Shown: in pieces, positions 47,261 to 57,170 of the stretch
How the letters are laid out: every line of letters starts with the position of its first letter
Position numbering within the stretch: the first letter of the stretch is position 1
From: an uncultured Pelagibacteraceae bacterium
Lineage (GTDB): Bacteria; Pseudomonadota; Alphaproteobacteria; Pelagibacterales; Pelagibacteraceae
Assembly: GCA_902556505.1 (NCBI GenBank)
Contig: CACDWM010000004.1
Coordinates: 5,716-69,715, forward strand
DNA length: 64,000 nucleotides
Reading direction: 5' to 3'
Position numbers and translations under genes: made by a program
The notes under the pieces: generated by a model
The model's database searches: none
Seen by the model: only the letters and a program-made list of their open reading frames with translations
What the model was told of the DNA's origin: nothing

Positions 47261-47872
47261 TTAATCAATTACATTAATAATACTTTTTTTTATTGTTTCA
47301 CTTAATTTAATTGTTCCATCTTTATTAGGGTGTATACCATCTTGTTGATTCAAACTTGGATTAAGTGCCACACCTTCAAGAAGAAACGGGATTAATGGTA
47401 AATTATACTTTTTCGACAACTTTGGGTAAATAGAATCAAACTTTTTTTTATAAATAAATCCATAAGTAGTTGGTGCAACCATTCCAGCTAAAATAATTTT
47501 AATTTTTTTATTCTGTGCAACATTTATTATTTGTTCTAAATTTCTTTCTGTCTCTTCTGGTTGAATACCTCTAAGCATATCATTGGCTCCTAATCCTAAA
47601 ATAATTAAATCAATACCTGGCTCTGATAAACTCCAATCTGCTCTATTCAATCCACCTGACGATGTGCTTCCTGAGACACTTCCATTGATGACTTTAATAT
47701 TTAACCCAGCTTGCTTAAGATTATTTTCTAAAACTATTGATAAATGATGTTCTTTAGGTAATCCATAACCAGCCATCAAACTATCACCGAATAAAACTAC
47801 CTTTTCTATTGCACTTGCGTTTATGTGCACTAGAAAGAATATCAAAATTTTAATAAATATAGTTTTATTCAT
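47261..47872 (-). CDS. tesA: Arylesterase / acyl-CoA thioesterase I
   Basis: GDSL, SGSTS, GANDMLRG, DGIHPN; start moved to MNKTIF (47872); divergent from ybbA. Confidence 0.92.
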   Translation of the reverse strand: MNKTIFIKILIFFLVHINASAIEKVVLFGDSLMAGYGLPKEHHLSIVLENNLKQAGLNIKVINGSVSGSTSSGGLNRADWSLSEPGIDLIILGLGANDMLRGIQPEETERNLEQIINVAQNKKIKIILAGMVAPTTYGFIYKKKFDSIYPKLSKKYNLPLIPFLLEGVALNPSLNQQDGIHPNKDGTIKLSETIKKSIINVID

Positions 47873-48536
47873 GAGTACTCTTCTTAAATTAAAAAAAATA
47901 AATCTCAAATACCAAACTGGTAAAGATAGTATCAGTGTTTTAAAGAATATTAATTTAAATATTAAGAAAAAAGAAACTGTTTCAGTAGTTGGAGAAAGTG
48001 GCTCAGGGAAAACAAGTTTAATAATGTTAATTGGAGGCTTAGAAAAACCAACTTCTGGTAAAATAATTTTTAATGATCAAGACATAACAGGCCTTAGTGA
48101 AGACGAAGTATCGGAGATAAGAAAGAAAAATATTGGAATAATATTTCAGTCTTTTTATTTAATTCCTAATTACACAGCAGTTGAAAATGTTGCTTTAACT
48201 CTTGAACTTAATAATTTTAAAAATCCAGAAAAAGAAGCAAAGATTTTATTAGATCGTTTTGGTTTGAAACATCGTTTTAATAATTTACCAAGTCAATTAT
48301 CAGGTGGTGAACAGCAACGGGTTGCTATCGCTAGAGCAATTGCGATGAAACCAGAACTAATCTTAGCAGATGAACCAACAGGGAACTTAGATACTGAAAA
48401 TTCTATCATGATTGCAAATATTTTATTTAAATATGTAAAAGAAGAAGGTTCTTCTTTAATCATGGTAACTCATGACCCTAAACTTGCAGACAAGGCTAAA
48501 AGAAAAATAAAAATAAAAGATGGAAAAATTAAATAA
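47871..48536 (+). CDS. ybbA: ABC transporter ATP-binding protein (YbbA-like)
   Basis: [26 protein letters not shown]; start moved to MSTLLK (47871). Confidence 0.88.
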   Translation: MSTLLKLKKINLKYQTGKDSISVLKNINLNIKKKETVSVVGESGSGKTSLIMLIGGLEKPTSGKIIFNDQDITGLSEDEVSEIRKKNIGIIFQSFYLIPNYTAVENVALTLELNNFKNPEKEAKILLDRFGLKHRFNNLPSQLSGGEQQRVAIARAIAMKPELILADEPTGNLDTENSIMIANILFKYVKEEGSSLIMVTHDPKLADKAKRKIKIKDGKIK

Positions 48537-51054
48537 TCCTTCAGAATTTAGTTTGATTTTAAAATATGCTTTAAAAGACTTAAGCAGAAATTATCATAAA
48601 ATTTCTAGTATCATTGTTACGCTATTTATAAGTCTTTTTATCTTAAGTGCTATTTTCACAATTGAAGATAGTCTTAAAAAAGAACTTAATGATAATGCCA
48701 AAGCACTTCTAGGTGGAGATTTAGAGATTGATTATAATCGTAATCAAGGAAATTTAGATCTAGTTAACAAAGTTAAAGAATTTGCAACTGTTTCTCAAAT
48801 GATTGAGTTCAGTACTATGCTTTCAACTACTAACAGAGAAAAAAATAAATCATTATTTACTAGAATTAAAACTGTAGATGAAAAATATCCTTTGTATGGA
48901 AATGTTGTCTATGAACCAATTGGTGCTTATGAAAGAATGCAAAAGGAACCTAACACTATCCTGATCAATGAAAGTTTATCAAAAACACTAAATATTAAAA
49001 TAAATGAAATAGTAAAAGTTCAAGATCAAAATTTTACAGTAATTGGAATTATTAAATCAGTACCAGATGTAAGTGGATTTGTTGCATTTGGCGATTGGGC
49101 TTTAGCAGGAAAACAAACTCTAGAAATTTTAAAACTAAGCGGTATTGGAAGTTTTTTAAACTATGAATACAAAGTAAAGTTTAATGAAAATGATAAGCAA
49201 GAGGAAATTGAACAACGAATTGAAGAAATATTTAAAGAAGATCAAAAAGTAAAACTTAGGTATCCAGAAAATTCTGCAAGTGGAATAAAGAGAATTATTA
49301 ATAATTTTTCTCAATTTTTGTCACTTGTTTCTATCAGCGCAATGTTGATAGCAGGTATTGGAATAGCAAATACTTTGCTTTCTTTTATTAATCAAAACAA
49401 TATGTCGATAGCTGTACGAAAAGCAGTTGGCTTTTATTCAGGTAATATTAAAACACTATATTATTTGCAGTTATTTATACTTTTATTTATTATCACTGTT
49501 GTTGCTTATGGATCGAGTTTTTTAATTGTTCCAATTGCAGATAAATATTTATCTGATGGATTAGGATTGAATGTTTATCCAGTGTTTTCATTGCTGAATT
49601 TTTTAAAAATATTTTTAGTGGGATTGTTGGTGCTGATAATTTTTTCTATTCCAACAATTAGTTCTATTGATCAAGTTAAAGCGTCTAATTTATTTAGAAA
49701 TGTATTCCAAAATCTTCAATTTTATTATTCTAAGAGATCAGTTGTTCTTAGCTTTGTTTTGTTATCTATCTTAATTTTATTATTCACAGTTGGATCTGAA
49801 CAACCTTCTTATAGCTTGGGCTACTTTGCTGCTTTTTTTGTGTGTTTAATTGTATTTTTCTTACTTTCAAAATTAATCATTTTTTTCCTAAAAAAATTTA
49901 AATCAAGTCCAATAATTTCTTTAAAAGTTTCAATTAAAAATATTACCCAAACAAAAAGTATAACTCCCATTACAGTCATGTCTCTTGGCTTAGGGGTTAC
50001 TTTATTATTAACATTGGCTTTAGTTGGTACAAATTTTCAAAGAGAAATTGCTAAATCTATTCCTGATATTGCACCTGATTATTTCTTCGTCGGTATTCAA
50101 AAAGGAGAAAGAGAAAAATTTGAGCAAGGTATTTTAAATATGGATCCAAATGCATCTATTGAAATTGTGCCAATGGTATCCTCTGGAATTTTAAAAATTA
50201 ATGGTGTAGATCCTAACACCTATATAAAACCAGATAATGATAGTTACTGGGTAATTGGTAGTGAACGAAGATCTTCATGGGTAGAAAATGTTCCTGAAGA
50301 TAATCCAATTTTAGAAGGTGATTGGTGGGATTTATCAAACCCTAATCAACTTCAAATATCTCTTGATGCAAAAGTTGCTAAAGATTTAAATATCCAGTTA
50401 GGTGATATTTTTACTTTAAATGTTTATGGGCGTGAAATTGATGGAAAAGTAATTAATTTTAGAGAAGTGGATTATCGAGATTTAAGCATCAACTTTGCAA
50501 TGTTATTTAATCCTCAATTTGCAAAAAATATTCCACACGAATATTTAGCTACTGCAAAATTTAATTCAAAGAAATTTGATGAAACTGAAATGCTTGAAAT
50601 CATGCCGAGTTTATCAATGATAAAAATTGCAGATTACTTATCTAAAGTTACAGCTGTTTTGAATAAGGTATTTATTGCAGTTACTTTAATTTCGGCTGTT
50701 ACTATTGTTATTGGTTTAATTGTGATTTCAAGTGCAATTATGGTTCAAGGAAAAGTAAAAGAATATCAAAATTTAGTCTTTAAAATTTTAGGTTTTTCAA
50801 AAAAACAAATTGTTTTTTCATCGTTAATTGAATTCATCATTATTTTTAAATCTGTAATTTTAATTGCAATATTCTTTGCGGTGATTGGTTCAAAATTTAT
50901 TATGGAAAATATTTTTGAGCTAGTGTGGATGTTTGACTTTAAAGTTTTAATTTATTTAGGATTTTCAATCGGCTTTGTTACTTTAATTTTAATATTGCTA
51001 ACAAACTTAAAATATCTAAATCCTAAAGTTTATCCTCTTATAAGAAATCAATAA
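48520..51054 (+). CDS. ybbP: FtsX/MacB-type ABC permease (YbbP-like)
   Basis: LLGGDL, YPLYG, APDYFFV.IQ, two FtsX repeats; tesA-ybbA-ybbP synteny. Confidence 0.88.
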   Translation: MEKLNNPSEFSLILKYALKDLSRNYHKISSIIVTLFISLFILSAIFTIEDSLKKELNDNAKALLGGDLEIDYNRNQGNLDLVNKVKEFATVSQMIEFSTMLSTTNREKNKSLFTRIKTVDEKYPLYGNVVYEPIGAYERMQKEPNTILINESLSKTLNIKINEIVKVQDQNFTVIGIIKSVPDVSGFVAFGDWALAGKQTLEILKLSGIGSFLNYEYKVKFNENDKQEEIEQRIEEIFKEDQKVKLRYPENSASGIKRIINNFSQFLSLVSISAMLIAGIGIANTLLSFINQNNMSIAVRKAVGFYSGNIKTLYYLQLFILLFIITVVAYGSSFLIVPIADKYLSDGLGLNVYPVFSLLNFLKIFLVGLLVLIIFSIPTISSIDQVKASNLFRNVFQNLQFYYSKRSVVLSFVLLSILILLFTVGSEQPSYSLGYFAAFFVCLIVFFLLSKLIIFFLKKFKSSPIISLKVSIKNITQTKSITPITVMSLGLGVTLLLTLALVGTNFQREIAKSIPDIAPDYFFVGIQKGEREKFEQGILNMDPNASIEIVPMVSSGILKINGVDPNTYIKPDNDSYWVIGSERRSSWVENVPEDNPILEGDWWDLSNPNQLQISLDAKVAKDLNIQLGDIFTLNVYGREIDGKVINFREVDYRDLSINFAMLFNPQFAKNIPHEYLATAKFNSKKFDETEMLEIMPSLSMIKIADYLSKVTAVLNKVFIAVTLISAVTIVIGLIVISSAIMVQGKVKEYQNLVFKILGFSKKQIVFSSLIEFIIIFKSVILIAIFFAVIGSKFIMENIFELVWMFDFKVLIYLGFSIGFVTLILILLTNLKYLNPKVYPLIRNQ

Positions 51055-51471
51055 TTAAAATTTAGTAATTTTACTATCCAAAGAAATTAAATTGAATTCT
51101 ACTTTCAATTTTGGAAATCTTTTTTTTATTTGTTTTTTAATTTTTGAAAACGACTCTTTATGAATTTTTTTTTCATTATCTGGACTAAATTCTTTATTTC
51201 CATTAGCAATTTTAGCTGCGCCACAATCTTTATGATTGATTACAATTAATTTTTCTATTTTATGTAATTGAATAGAAGTTCCTAAATTGTCATAAAACGT
51301 TTTATGCCATTTTTTGAATTTATTATGTGTTACACCAATAGCTGCACCTGCAATTGTAAACGCACTATATTTTCCTGTTAATTTTTTTTTCTTTAAGTGA
51401 TTATGAACTAAATGTTGAAATCTTGGATCTATGCAAGATAATACCATTGCTTTAAATTTTGATTTCATCAA
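51055..51471 (-). CDS. Small beta-class carbonic anhydrase-like protein
   Basis: SCIDPR and HKDCGA (C-x-D-x-R ... H-x-x-C zinc ligands). Confidence 0.85.
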   Translation of the reverse strand: MMKSKFKAMVLSCIDPRFQHLVHNHLKKKKLTGKYSAFTIAGAAIGVTHNKFKKWHKTFYDNLGTSIQLHKIEKLIVINHKDCGAAKIANGNKEFSPDNEKKIHKESFSKIKKQIKKRFPKLKVEFNLISLDSKITKF

Positions 51472-52034
51472 TTTAATTCAACTTTAAACATAGCCTCGTT
51501 TCTTCTATTCATTGGAAGAGTAAATGGACTATCATAGGTTGCTCTAATAGGTGGGCTTAAAATTGATATATTATTTTTTTGTAACTCTTTTTCTAAAATT
51601 TCTTTATGCTTAAGAAAGTTTCCATCTGATGCTCGTCCAGAATATCTCAGCACAGCGTAGTAACCTCCTTCGATATTAATTATTTTTACATCTTCCCTAC
51701 TTGGATTTGGTACATTTTCTGAGTTAAATTTAGAGGGTAAATAAAATTGCATACTCATATTTCCATTTTTCTCAACTTGAGTAACTGGAGTTGTCATTTT
51801 AATTTTCTCTTGAGTATCGTTTCTGCCTGAAATGTAATTAAACAATTTTCTAAAATTACTATCTATTCCAGATGTCATTGTTTCAACCGCTAAACGATCA
51901 GAATATTTTCTAATCTCATAAACCTCATTTTTAGAGATAACTTCATAATTTGCTTCTTCGTGAGCCATAACTGCAGAATAAGGTAAAATAAATAAAGTAC
52001 AAAATACTATAAGACAAAGTTTAATAATTTTCAT
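51468..52034 (-). CDS. SOUL-family heme-binding protein, exported
   Basis: YEIRKY, FRKLFNYISG.N, KIKMTTPV, MQFYLP, RRNE. Confidence 0.93.
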   Translation of the reverse strand: MKIIKLCLIVFCTLFILPYSAVMAHEEANYEVISKNEVYEIRKYSDRLAVETMTSGIDSNFRKLFNYISGRNDTQEKIKMTTPVTQVEKNGNMSMQFYLPSKFNSENVPNPSREDVKIINIEGGYYAVLRYSGRASDGNFLKHKEILEKELQKNNISILSPPIRATYDSPFTLPMNRRNEAMFKVELN

Positions 52035-52036
52035 TG

Positions 52037-52591
52037 TTACATAACTTTATATTCAAAATTTTGTGTAGTTTCATTAATTTGAATTAATTTAGCGCCATTT
52101 CTCTCATGAAAATTTGTTGCCATTTCTGTTAGAGGTGAAAGGGTTACCAATCTATTTAAATGATTAGATTTTTTTATATTTTTAAATACTTCTTTTACAA
52201 TTAATTTTCCCCCACCCTTTTTTTTGGACCAGACAGTATAAGCTATTGCTATTTGACCACCTGATTGATCTCTCATTGCTGTTTGAAGAAATGCATCAGT
52301 GCTTAATTTTTCTAACTCTTCAACACTTTTTGGAATTTCATTTGTAAAAGCAAAACACATTACAGCATGAATTTCTCCTTGATATTCGACACCAAAAATC
52401 TTTCTTCCATATCCTGTTCTAAACTTGTTATCTAATTCTGGTCTAACAGGATCCTCTTCAGGATTACATTCTTTAAGCTCAACAAGTTTTGCACCTTTAA
52501 CCCATCCAAAAAAATTATCAATATTTTTACTTAAAGCTTGTCTATTTTTTCTTAATCTTGCTTTAATTCTTGGTTTAAATTTTTTTTTCAT
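52037..52591 (-). CDS. Hypothetical protein with malonyl-CoA-decarboxylase-C/GNAT-like motifs
   Basis: AIAYTVWS...GGGKLIV...LVTLSP...FHERNGA. Confidence 0.75.
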   Translation of the reverse strand: MKKKFKPRIKARLRKNRQALSKNIDNFFGWVKGAKLVELKECNPEEDPVRPELDNKFRTGYGRKIFGVEYQGEIHAVMCFAFTNEIPKSVEELEKLSTDAFLQTAMRDQSGGQIAIAYTVWSKKKGGGKLIVKEVFKNIKKSNHLNRLVTLSPLTEMATNFHERNGAKLIQINETTQNFEYKVM

Positions 52592-52645
52592 TTTTATAAT
52601 AATTATTATCTAATACTTATTTTAAAATTTTAATGCGTTATTAAA

Positions 52646-53392
52646 TCATACCAGGTAATCATACAAAAGCTTTGCACTTGTAACAAAAATTAAAGCATAT
52701 AAAATATTGTAAAATAATTTTTCATCTATAATTTTAAGTAATCGATATCCAATTAATATTCCAAGTAATGCAACTGGAAACAATGTTGCTGACTGTTTAA
52801 ACGACTCAAAGTTTGTCATAGATAAACTAATGTACAATGGAAGCTTAATTAAGTTTACGAAAGTGAAAAAAAATATTCTTGTACCTACATAAATTTCTTT
52901 TTTCATTCTAAGTGGAAGTAAATAAAGGCTAGTTGGAGTTCCTCCCGCATGAACACAAAAACTTGTAAATCCTGCAACTACCGAACAAGTACCACCTTTA
53001 AAAAAGTTTTTTTCTGATTTTTTTTCTTTATTTTTTTTAAAAAAAAAATAATGACCAGCAAACAAGAAGCCCATAACTCCAATTATGAATTTTAGTAATT
53101 CCTCTGAAAAATATGAAAAAGTTAATGATCCAATAAATATCCCAATAGCTGCAAATGGAACCATTAATTTTAAAGTTCCTAAGTCAAATTCCTTTCTATA
53201 TTTATAAACAGCAATGAAATCTGAAAATATTAAAATCGGTAAAATAATTCCTAAAGCTTGATTTAGCGGCATCACTATTGTCATTAACGGAACAGAAATT
53301 AAAGTCATGGATCCACCTAGGCCTGATTTTGCAATTCCGTATAAAATTATGGCTGGAACAACTGTGAAAAAAAATAATAAGTTTATTTCCAT
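52646..53392 (-). CDS. TauE/SafE (TSUP) family exporter
   Basis: GIAKSGLGG, LPIL..SD, GFTSF..HAGG.P, NLIKLP.Y. Confidence 0.92.
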   Translation of the reverse strand: MEINLLFFFTVVPAIILYGIAKSGLGGSMTLISVPLMTIVMPLNQALGIILPILIFSDFIAVYKYRKEFDLGTLKLMVPFAAIGIFIGSLTFSYFSEELLKFIIGVMGFLFAGHYFFFKKNKEKKSEKNFFKGGTCSVVAGFTSFCVHAGGTPTSLYLLPLRMKKEIYVGTRIFFFTFVNLIKLPLYISLSMTNFESFKQSATLFPVALLGILIGYRLLKIIDEKLFYNILYALIFVTSAKLLYDYLV

Positions 53393-53652
53393 TTATATAA
53401 TGATTTTAATAATTTAGATCCTAAAGGGCTAATTGGTTCTTGAAGTATTATTTCTTTTCCAGTTTTTTGCTTTACTAATTGTAATAGTTTAGTTGCTAAC
53501 CCTTGTTTTCTAAAAATTGGATTAACAAAAATATATTCTACCTCACCTTTTTCATTAAATCTAACAAAGCCTATTGTTGTATTTTCATTTTTAAAGGTAA
53601 AAACTCCCTCAGTTTCCTCAATTTTAAAATTTGTAACTTCCAGACTGTTCAT
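53383..53652 (-). CDS. Minimal GNAT-family acetyltransferase
   Basis: YIFVNPIFRKQGLATKLL motif A. Confidence 0.85.
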   Translation of the reverse strand: MNSLEVTNFKIEETEGVFTFKNENTTIGFVRFNEKGEVEYIFVNPIFRKQGLATKLLQLVKQKTGKEIILQEPISPLGSKLLKSLYKWK

Positions 53653-53657
53653 GAATC

Positions 53658-53822
53658 CTAGTAATTTAGGAGTAAAAGGATAACTGCTATTGCAGCAATA
53701 ATAGAGCTAACAACAATATAATTAAGCTTAATGTTGAACTTTTTCTCAACAAAATCAGTTATTTTCTCCCAAAATAAAACTATTAAAAATATAATAATAG
53801 CTGGTATCAGATATTTAATCAT
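53658..53822 (-). CDS. Small two-helix membrane protein (54 aa, not in ORF track)
   Basis: MIKYLIPAIIIFLIVLFWEKITDFVEKKFNIKLNYIVVSSIIAAIAVILLLLNY*; ends 5 nt before the GNAT start. Confidence 0.7.
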   Translation of the reverse strand: MIKYLIPAIIIFLIVLFWEKITDFVEKKFNIKLNYIVVSSIIAAIAVILLLLNY

Positions 53823-53903
53823 ACAAATGAATTTTTATTAACTTAAGACTATTAGAGTGAATATTCTATTTGTAAATAATATTAAGACTGTTAATGGTCA
53901 CAG

Positions 53904-55043
53904 ATGTCTCATAAAAACTTTGGTTTTGGAACACAAATTAGAAAATCTCCATATTTCGATGCTACAGTAAAATGGGGAGCGACAGGTTTTTCAGTCTATA
54001 ACCACATGTATATTCCAAGAGATTTTGGAAATCCTGAACAAAACTTTTGGAATCTAATTGAAAAATCAATCTTATGTGATGTTGCAGTTGAAAGACAAGT
54101 CGAGATCACTGGTCCTGACTCATATAAATTTATTCAACTTTTGACTCCAAGAGATCTTTCAAAGTTATCTGTTGGACAATGTAAATATGTTTTAATTGTA
54201 AATAATGATGGTGGTATTTTAAACGATCCAGTTTTATTAAGGTTAGCAGAAAATCATTTTTGGTTATCTTTGGCAGATAGTGATGTTTTATTATGGGCAC
54301 AAGGAGTAGCTGTTAATTCAGGTTTAGATGTTAAAATATCTGAGCCAGATGTCTCCCCTTTACAATTACAAGGCCCCACCTCACAAGAAATCATGGTTAA
54401 ATTATTTGGTGATGGCATAAGAGATCTAAAATATTATTGGCTCAGAGATTATAATCTTGATGGAATTCCACTAGTTGTTTCAAGAACAGGTTGGTCAAGT
54501 GAACTTGGTTACGAAATATATTTAAGAGATGGTTCAAAAGGAAATGAATTATATGAAAAAATTATGGCTGCTGGTAAAGAATATGGAATTCAACCAGGAC
54601 ATACATCATCAATTAGAAGGATTGAAGGTGGTATGCTTTCATATCACGCAGATGCTGACATTCATACTAATCCATTTGAGTTAGGGTTGGATCATTTAGT
54701 GAATCTAGACTCAGAAATTAATTTTATTGGAAAAAAAGCTTTAAAAAAAATTAAGGAAAATGGAATATCTCGTAAACAAGTTGGTCTTATTATTGACTGT
54801 GCACCATTATCAGGACCCAATACTACTTTTTGGCCAATAAAAAAAGATAGAAAACAAATTGGCAAAGTAACCTCTGCAGTTTACTCACCAAGATTAAAGA
54901 AGAATATTGCTTTAGCTATGGTCGAAATAAATTTTTCAAATATTGGAACAAGTTTAGAAGTTACTACTCATGAAGGTAATTATAATTCAACTGTTGTTGA
55001 AAAACCTTTTTATGATCCAAAAAAGAAAATAGCTAGCAGCTAA
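53904..55043 (+). CDS. GcvT-family THF-dependent (amino)methyltransferase, DmdA-like paralogue
   Basis: YNHM, DVAVERQVEI.G.D, NDPVLL, ADSD, QGP, RTGWS, RIEGG.LSY. Confidence 0.9.
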   Translation: MSHKNFGFGTQIRKSPYFDATVKWGATGFSVYNHMYIPRDFGNPEQNFWNLIEKSILCDVAVERQVEITGPDSYKFIQLLTPRDLSKLSVGQCKYVLIVNNDGGILNDPVLLRLAENHFWLSLADSDVLLWAQGVAVNSGLDVKISEPDVSPLQLQGPTSQEIMVKLFGDGIRDLKYYWLRDYNLDGIPLVVSRTGWSSELGYEIYLRDGSKGNELYEKIMAAGKEYGIQPGHTSSIRRIEGGMLSYHADADIHTNPFELGLDHLVNLDSEINFIGKKALKKIKENGISRKQVGLIIDCAPLSGPNTTFWPIKKDRKQIGKVTSAVYSPRLKKNIALAMVEINFSNIGTSLEVTTHEGNYNSTVVEKPFYDPKKKIASS

Positions 55044-55807
55044 GATTTAATATTATAACCTTTTTTAAGTAATACAGTCACAACTGTCACACAAGCAACC
55101 AAAAATACAACCATAGAAATGATGCTTACCCAGATATTAAAATCAGACACTCCATAAAAAGCAAATCTTAGTCCATTAATCAAATAAACTACTGGATTGA
55201 AATAAGTAACTGTCTGCCAAAATTCTGGCAGCATATCTAATGAGTACAAGCTGCCTCCTAAAAATACCATTGGTGTAATAACTAAAGTTGGAATAATAGA
55301 CATTTGTTCGAAATTAGAACTCATTAAACCTATTAAGAAACCAAATAATGCAAATGTAAATGCAACCAATACTAATAAAAAAATCATTAATAACGGATAC
55401 ATGACGTTGACTTCTACAAAGAATGTTGAGGTGATAAATATTACAACACCTACAATAAGAGTTTTAGTTGCTCCTGCGCCAACAAAAGCTAAAACAATTT
55501 CAAAAGTAGAAATTGGTGCTGCTAAAATTTCATAAATGGTTCCATTAAATTTAGGAAAAAATATACCAAAAGAGGTATTACTGATTGATTGCGTAAGCAA
55601 TGTAAGCATTAATAAACCTGGAACAATGTAAGATCCATAGCTAATTCCATCAATATTTTCAACATATCCTCCAATTACAGAACCAAACACTATGAAGTAT
55701 AAAGAAGTAGATAAAACTGGAGAAAAAAGGGACTGCATTAAAGTTCTTCTAAACCGATCCATCTCATGAAGATAAATTGCGCTAAATGCTTGAAAATTAA
55801 ATTTCAT
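55040..55807 (-). CDS. yadH: ABC-2 type permease (YadH-like)
   Basis: [38 protein letters not shown]. Confidence 0.88.
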   Translation of the reverse strand: MKFNFQAFSAIYLHEMDRFRRTLMQSLFSPVLSTSLYFIVFGSVIGGYVENIDGISYGSYIVPGLLMLTLLTQSISNTSFGIFFPKFNGTIYEILAAPISTFEIVLAFVGAGATKTLIVGVVIFITSTFFVEVNVMYPLLMIFLLVLVAFTFALFGFLIGLMSSNFEQMSIIPTLVITPMVFLGGSLYSLDMLPEFWQTVTYFNPVVYLINGLRFAFYGVSDFNIWVSIISMVVFLVACVTVVTVLLKKGYNIKS

Positions 55808-56732
55808 TATTCTCCTTTACTAAAGAAACAAATATTTTTTCCAATGTTGTTTGTTCTGTTTTTAAATCCTGTAATTTTAAGTTGGCATCTTTTAAATCTT
55901 GAAGCAAATTAGTAATACCTGTACTTTTAGCTCTAACATTATAAGTATAATTTACTGATTTTTTATCTTCACCAATTTCAAGATTATATTTACTTAAACT
56001 ATCTGGTATTTCAGTAATTTCATTTTGAAGGTCTACAGTAAGTTTCTTATGTCCCATTTTTTTTAACAATTCTTTTGTTTCATCAACCACTATAATTTCT
56101 CCTTGATTAATTACTCCTACTCTATCCGCAATAGCTTCTGCTTCTTCTATGTAATGTGTTGTTAAAATTATTGTAACACCAGTTTTTCTTAAACTCTCAA
56201 CAACTTTCCACATATCCTGCCTTAACTCAACATCAACACCAGCCGTTGGTTCATCTAAAAATAAAATTGTTGGTTCATGAGATAATGCTTTTGCAATCAA
56301 AACTCTTCTTTTCATTCCGCCAGACAATTGTCTAAGTCTTAAATCTTTTTTATCCCATAGACTTAGATCTTTTAAAACTTTCTCAATATGTTTTGGATCA
56401 GGTTTTTTTCCGTACAATCCTCTAGAATATGAAACATTATTAAATACAGTTTCAAATTGCTCTAAAGTTAGCTCTTGAGGGACTAATCCAATTCTAGATC
56501 TTGTTTCTCTATAATCATCAATAATATCAAATTCATCTACAGTGACTTTCCCGGAAGAAGGTCTTACTATTCCACAAATAATACTTATGAGTGTTGTCTT
56601 TCCTGCGCCATTTGGCCCAAGCATTGCAAATATTTCACCCTTTTTTATATTTAAATTTATTTTTTTTAATGCCTCAAAACCATTGTCGTACACTTTTGAC
56701 AGGTTATTTATGCTTATTTGATCGTTTGACAT
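55797..56732 (-). CDS. yadG: ABC transporter ATP-binding protein (YadG-like)
   Basis: [39 protein letters not shown]; start placed at MSNDQ (56732). Confidence 0.9.
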   Translation of the reverse strand: MSNDQISINNLSKVYDNGFEALKKINLNIKKGEIFAMLGPNGAGKTTLISIICGIVRPSSGKVTVDEFDIIDDYRETRSRIGLVPQELTLEQFETVFNNVSYSRGLYGKKPDPKHIEKVLKDLSLWDKKDLRLRQLSGGMKRRVLIAKALSHEPTILFLDEPTAGVDVELRQDMWKVVESLRKTGVTIILTTHYIEEAEAIADRVGVINQGEIIVVDETKELLKKMGHKKLTVDLQNEITEIPDSLSKYNLEIGEDKKSVNYTYNVRAKSTGITNLLQDLKDANLKLQDLKTEQTTLEKIFVSLVKENNEI

Positions 56733-56801
56733 GTGGTTAGGCATATATAGAGACAATTTATAGTATTACAATAAATTTAAATTTACCTTAATTACTTAAC
56801 A

Positions 56802-57170
56802 ATGAAGAAACTTTTAGTACTTATCTGTTTTGTTTTGGCGTTTAACACAAATGCAATTGGGAAGGAAACCACTTACAGCAAAGAATCATTCGATAAAGCT
56901 TTATCGGAAGGAAAAGTTGTGGTGGTTAGTTCTTGGATTAAATATTGTACTTCTTGTGCAAGCCAAATGAAAGTTCTTGAAAAAGCAAAAAATGATTTTG
57001 ATAATATCGAATACTTTGCTTTTGATGTAACAAATAGAGAAATTGCTGAATTTTTTAACGTTCAATATCAAACAACACTCTTAATTTTTAAAGATAATAA
57101 AGAAGTTTACAGAAGCATTGGTGAGACCACCAAAGAACTTATTTATGATGCTTTAAAATCCTCTATCTGA
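56802..57170 (+). CDS. Exported thioredoxin-family protein
   Basis: Signal peptide, YCTSC, non-canonical cis-Pro loop (QYQTTL). Confidence 0.85.
   Translation: MKKLLVLICFVLAFNTNAIGKETTYSKESFDKALSEGKVVVVSSWIKYCTSCASQMKVLEKAKNDFDNIEYFAFDVTNREIAEFFNVQYQTTLLIFKDNKEVYRSIGETTKELIYDALKSSI

Noticed and set aside
53031-53048. T8/A10 homopolymer as phase-variation or frameshift site
   Set aside because: Frame is intact (YFFFKKNK); such runs are common at this AT content.
53904-55043. Calling this gene dmdA or gcvT
   Set aside because: Differs from recalled DmdA at diagnostic segments and lacks the gcvH/P context; left unnamed.
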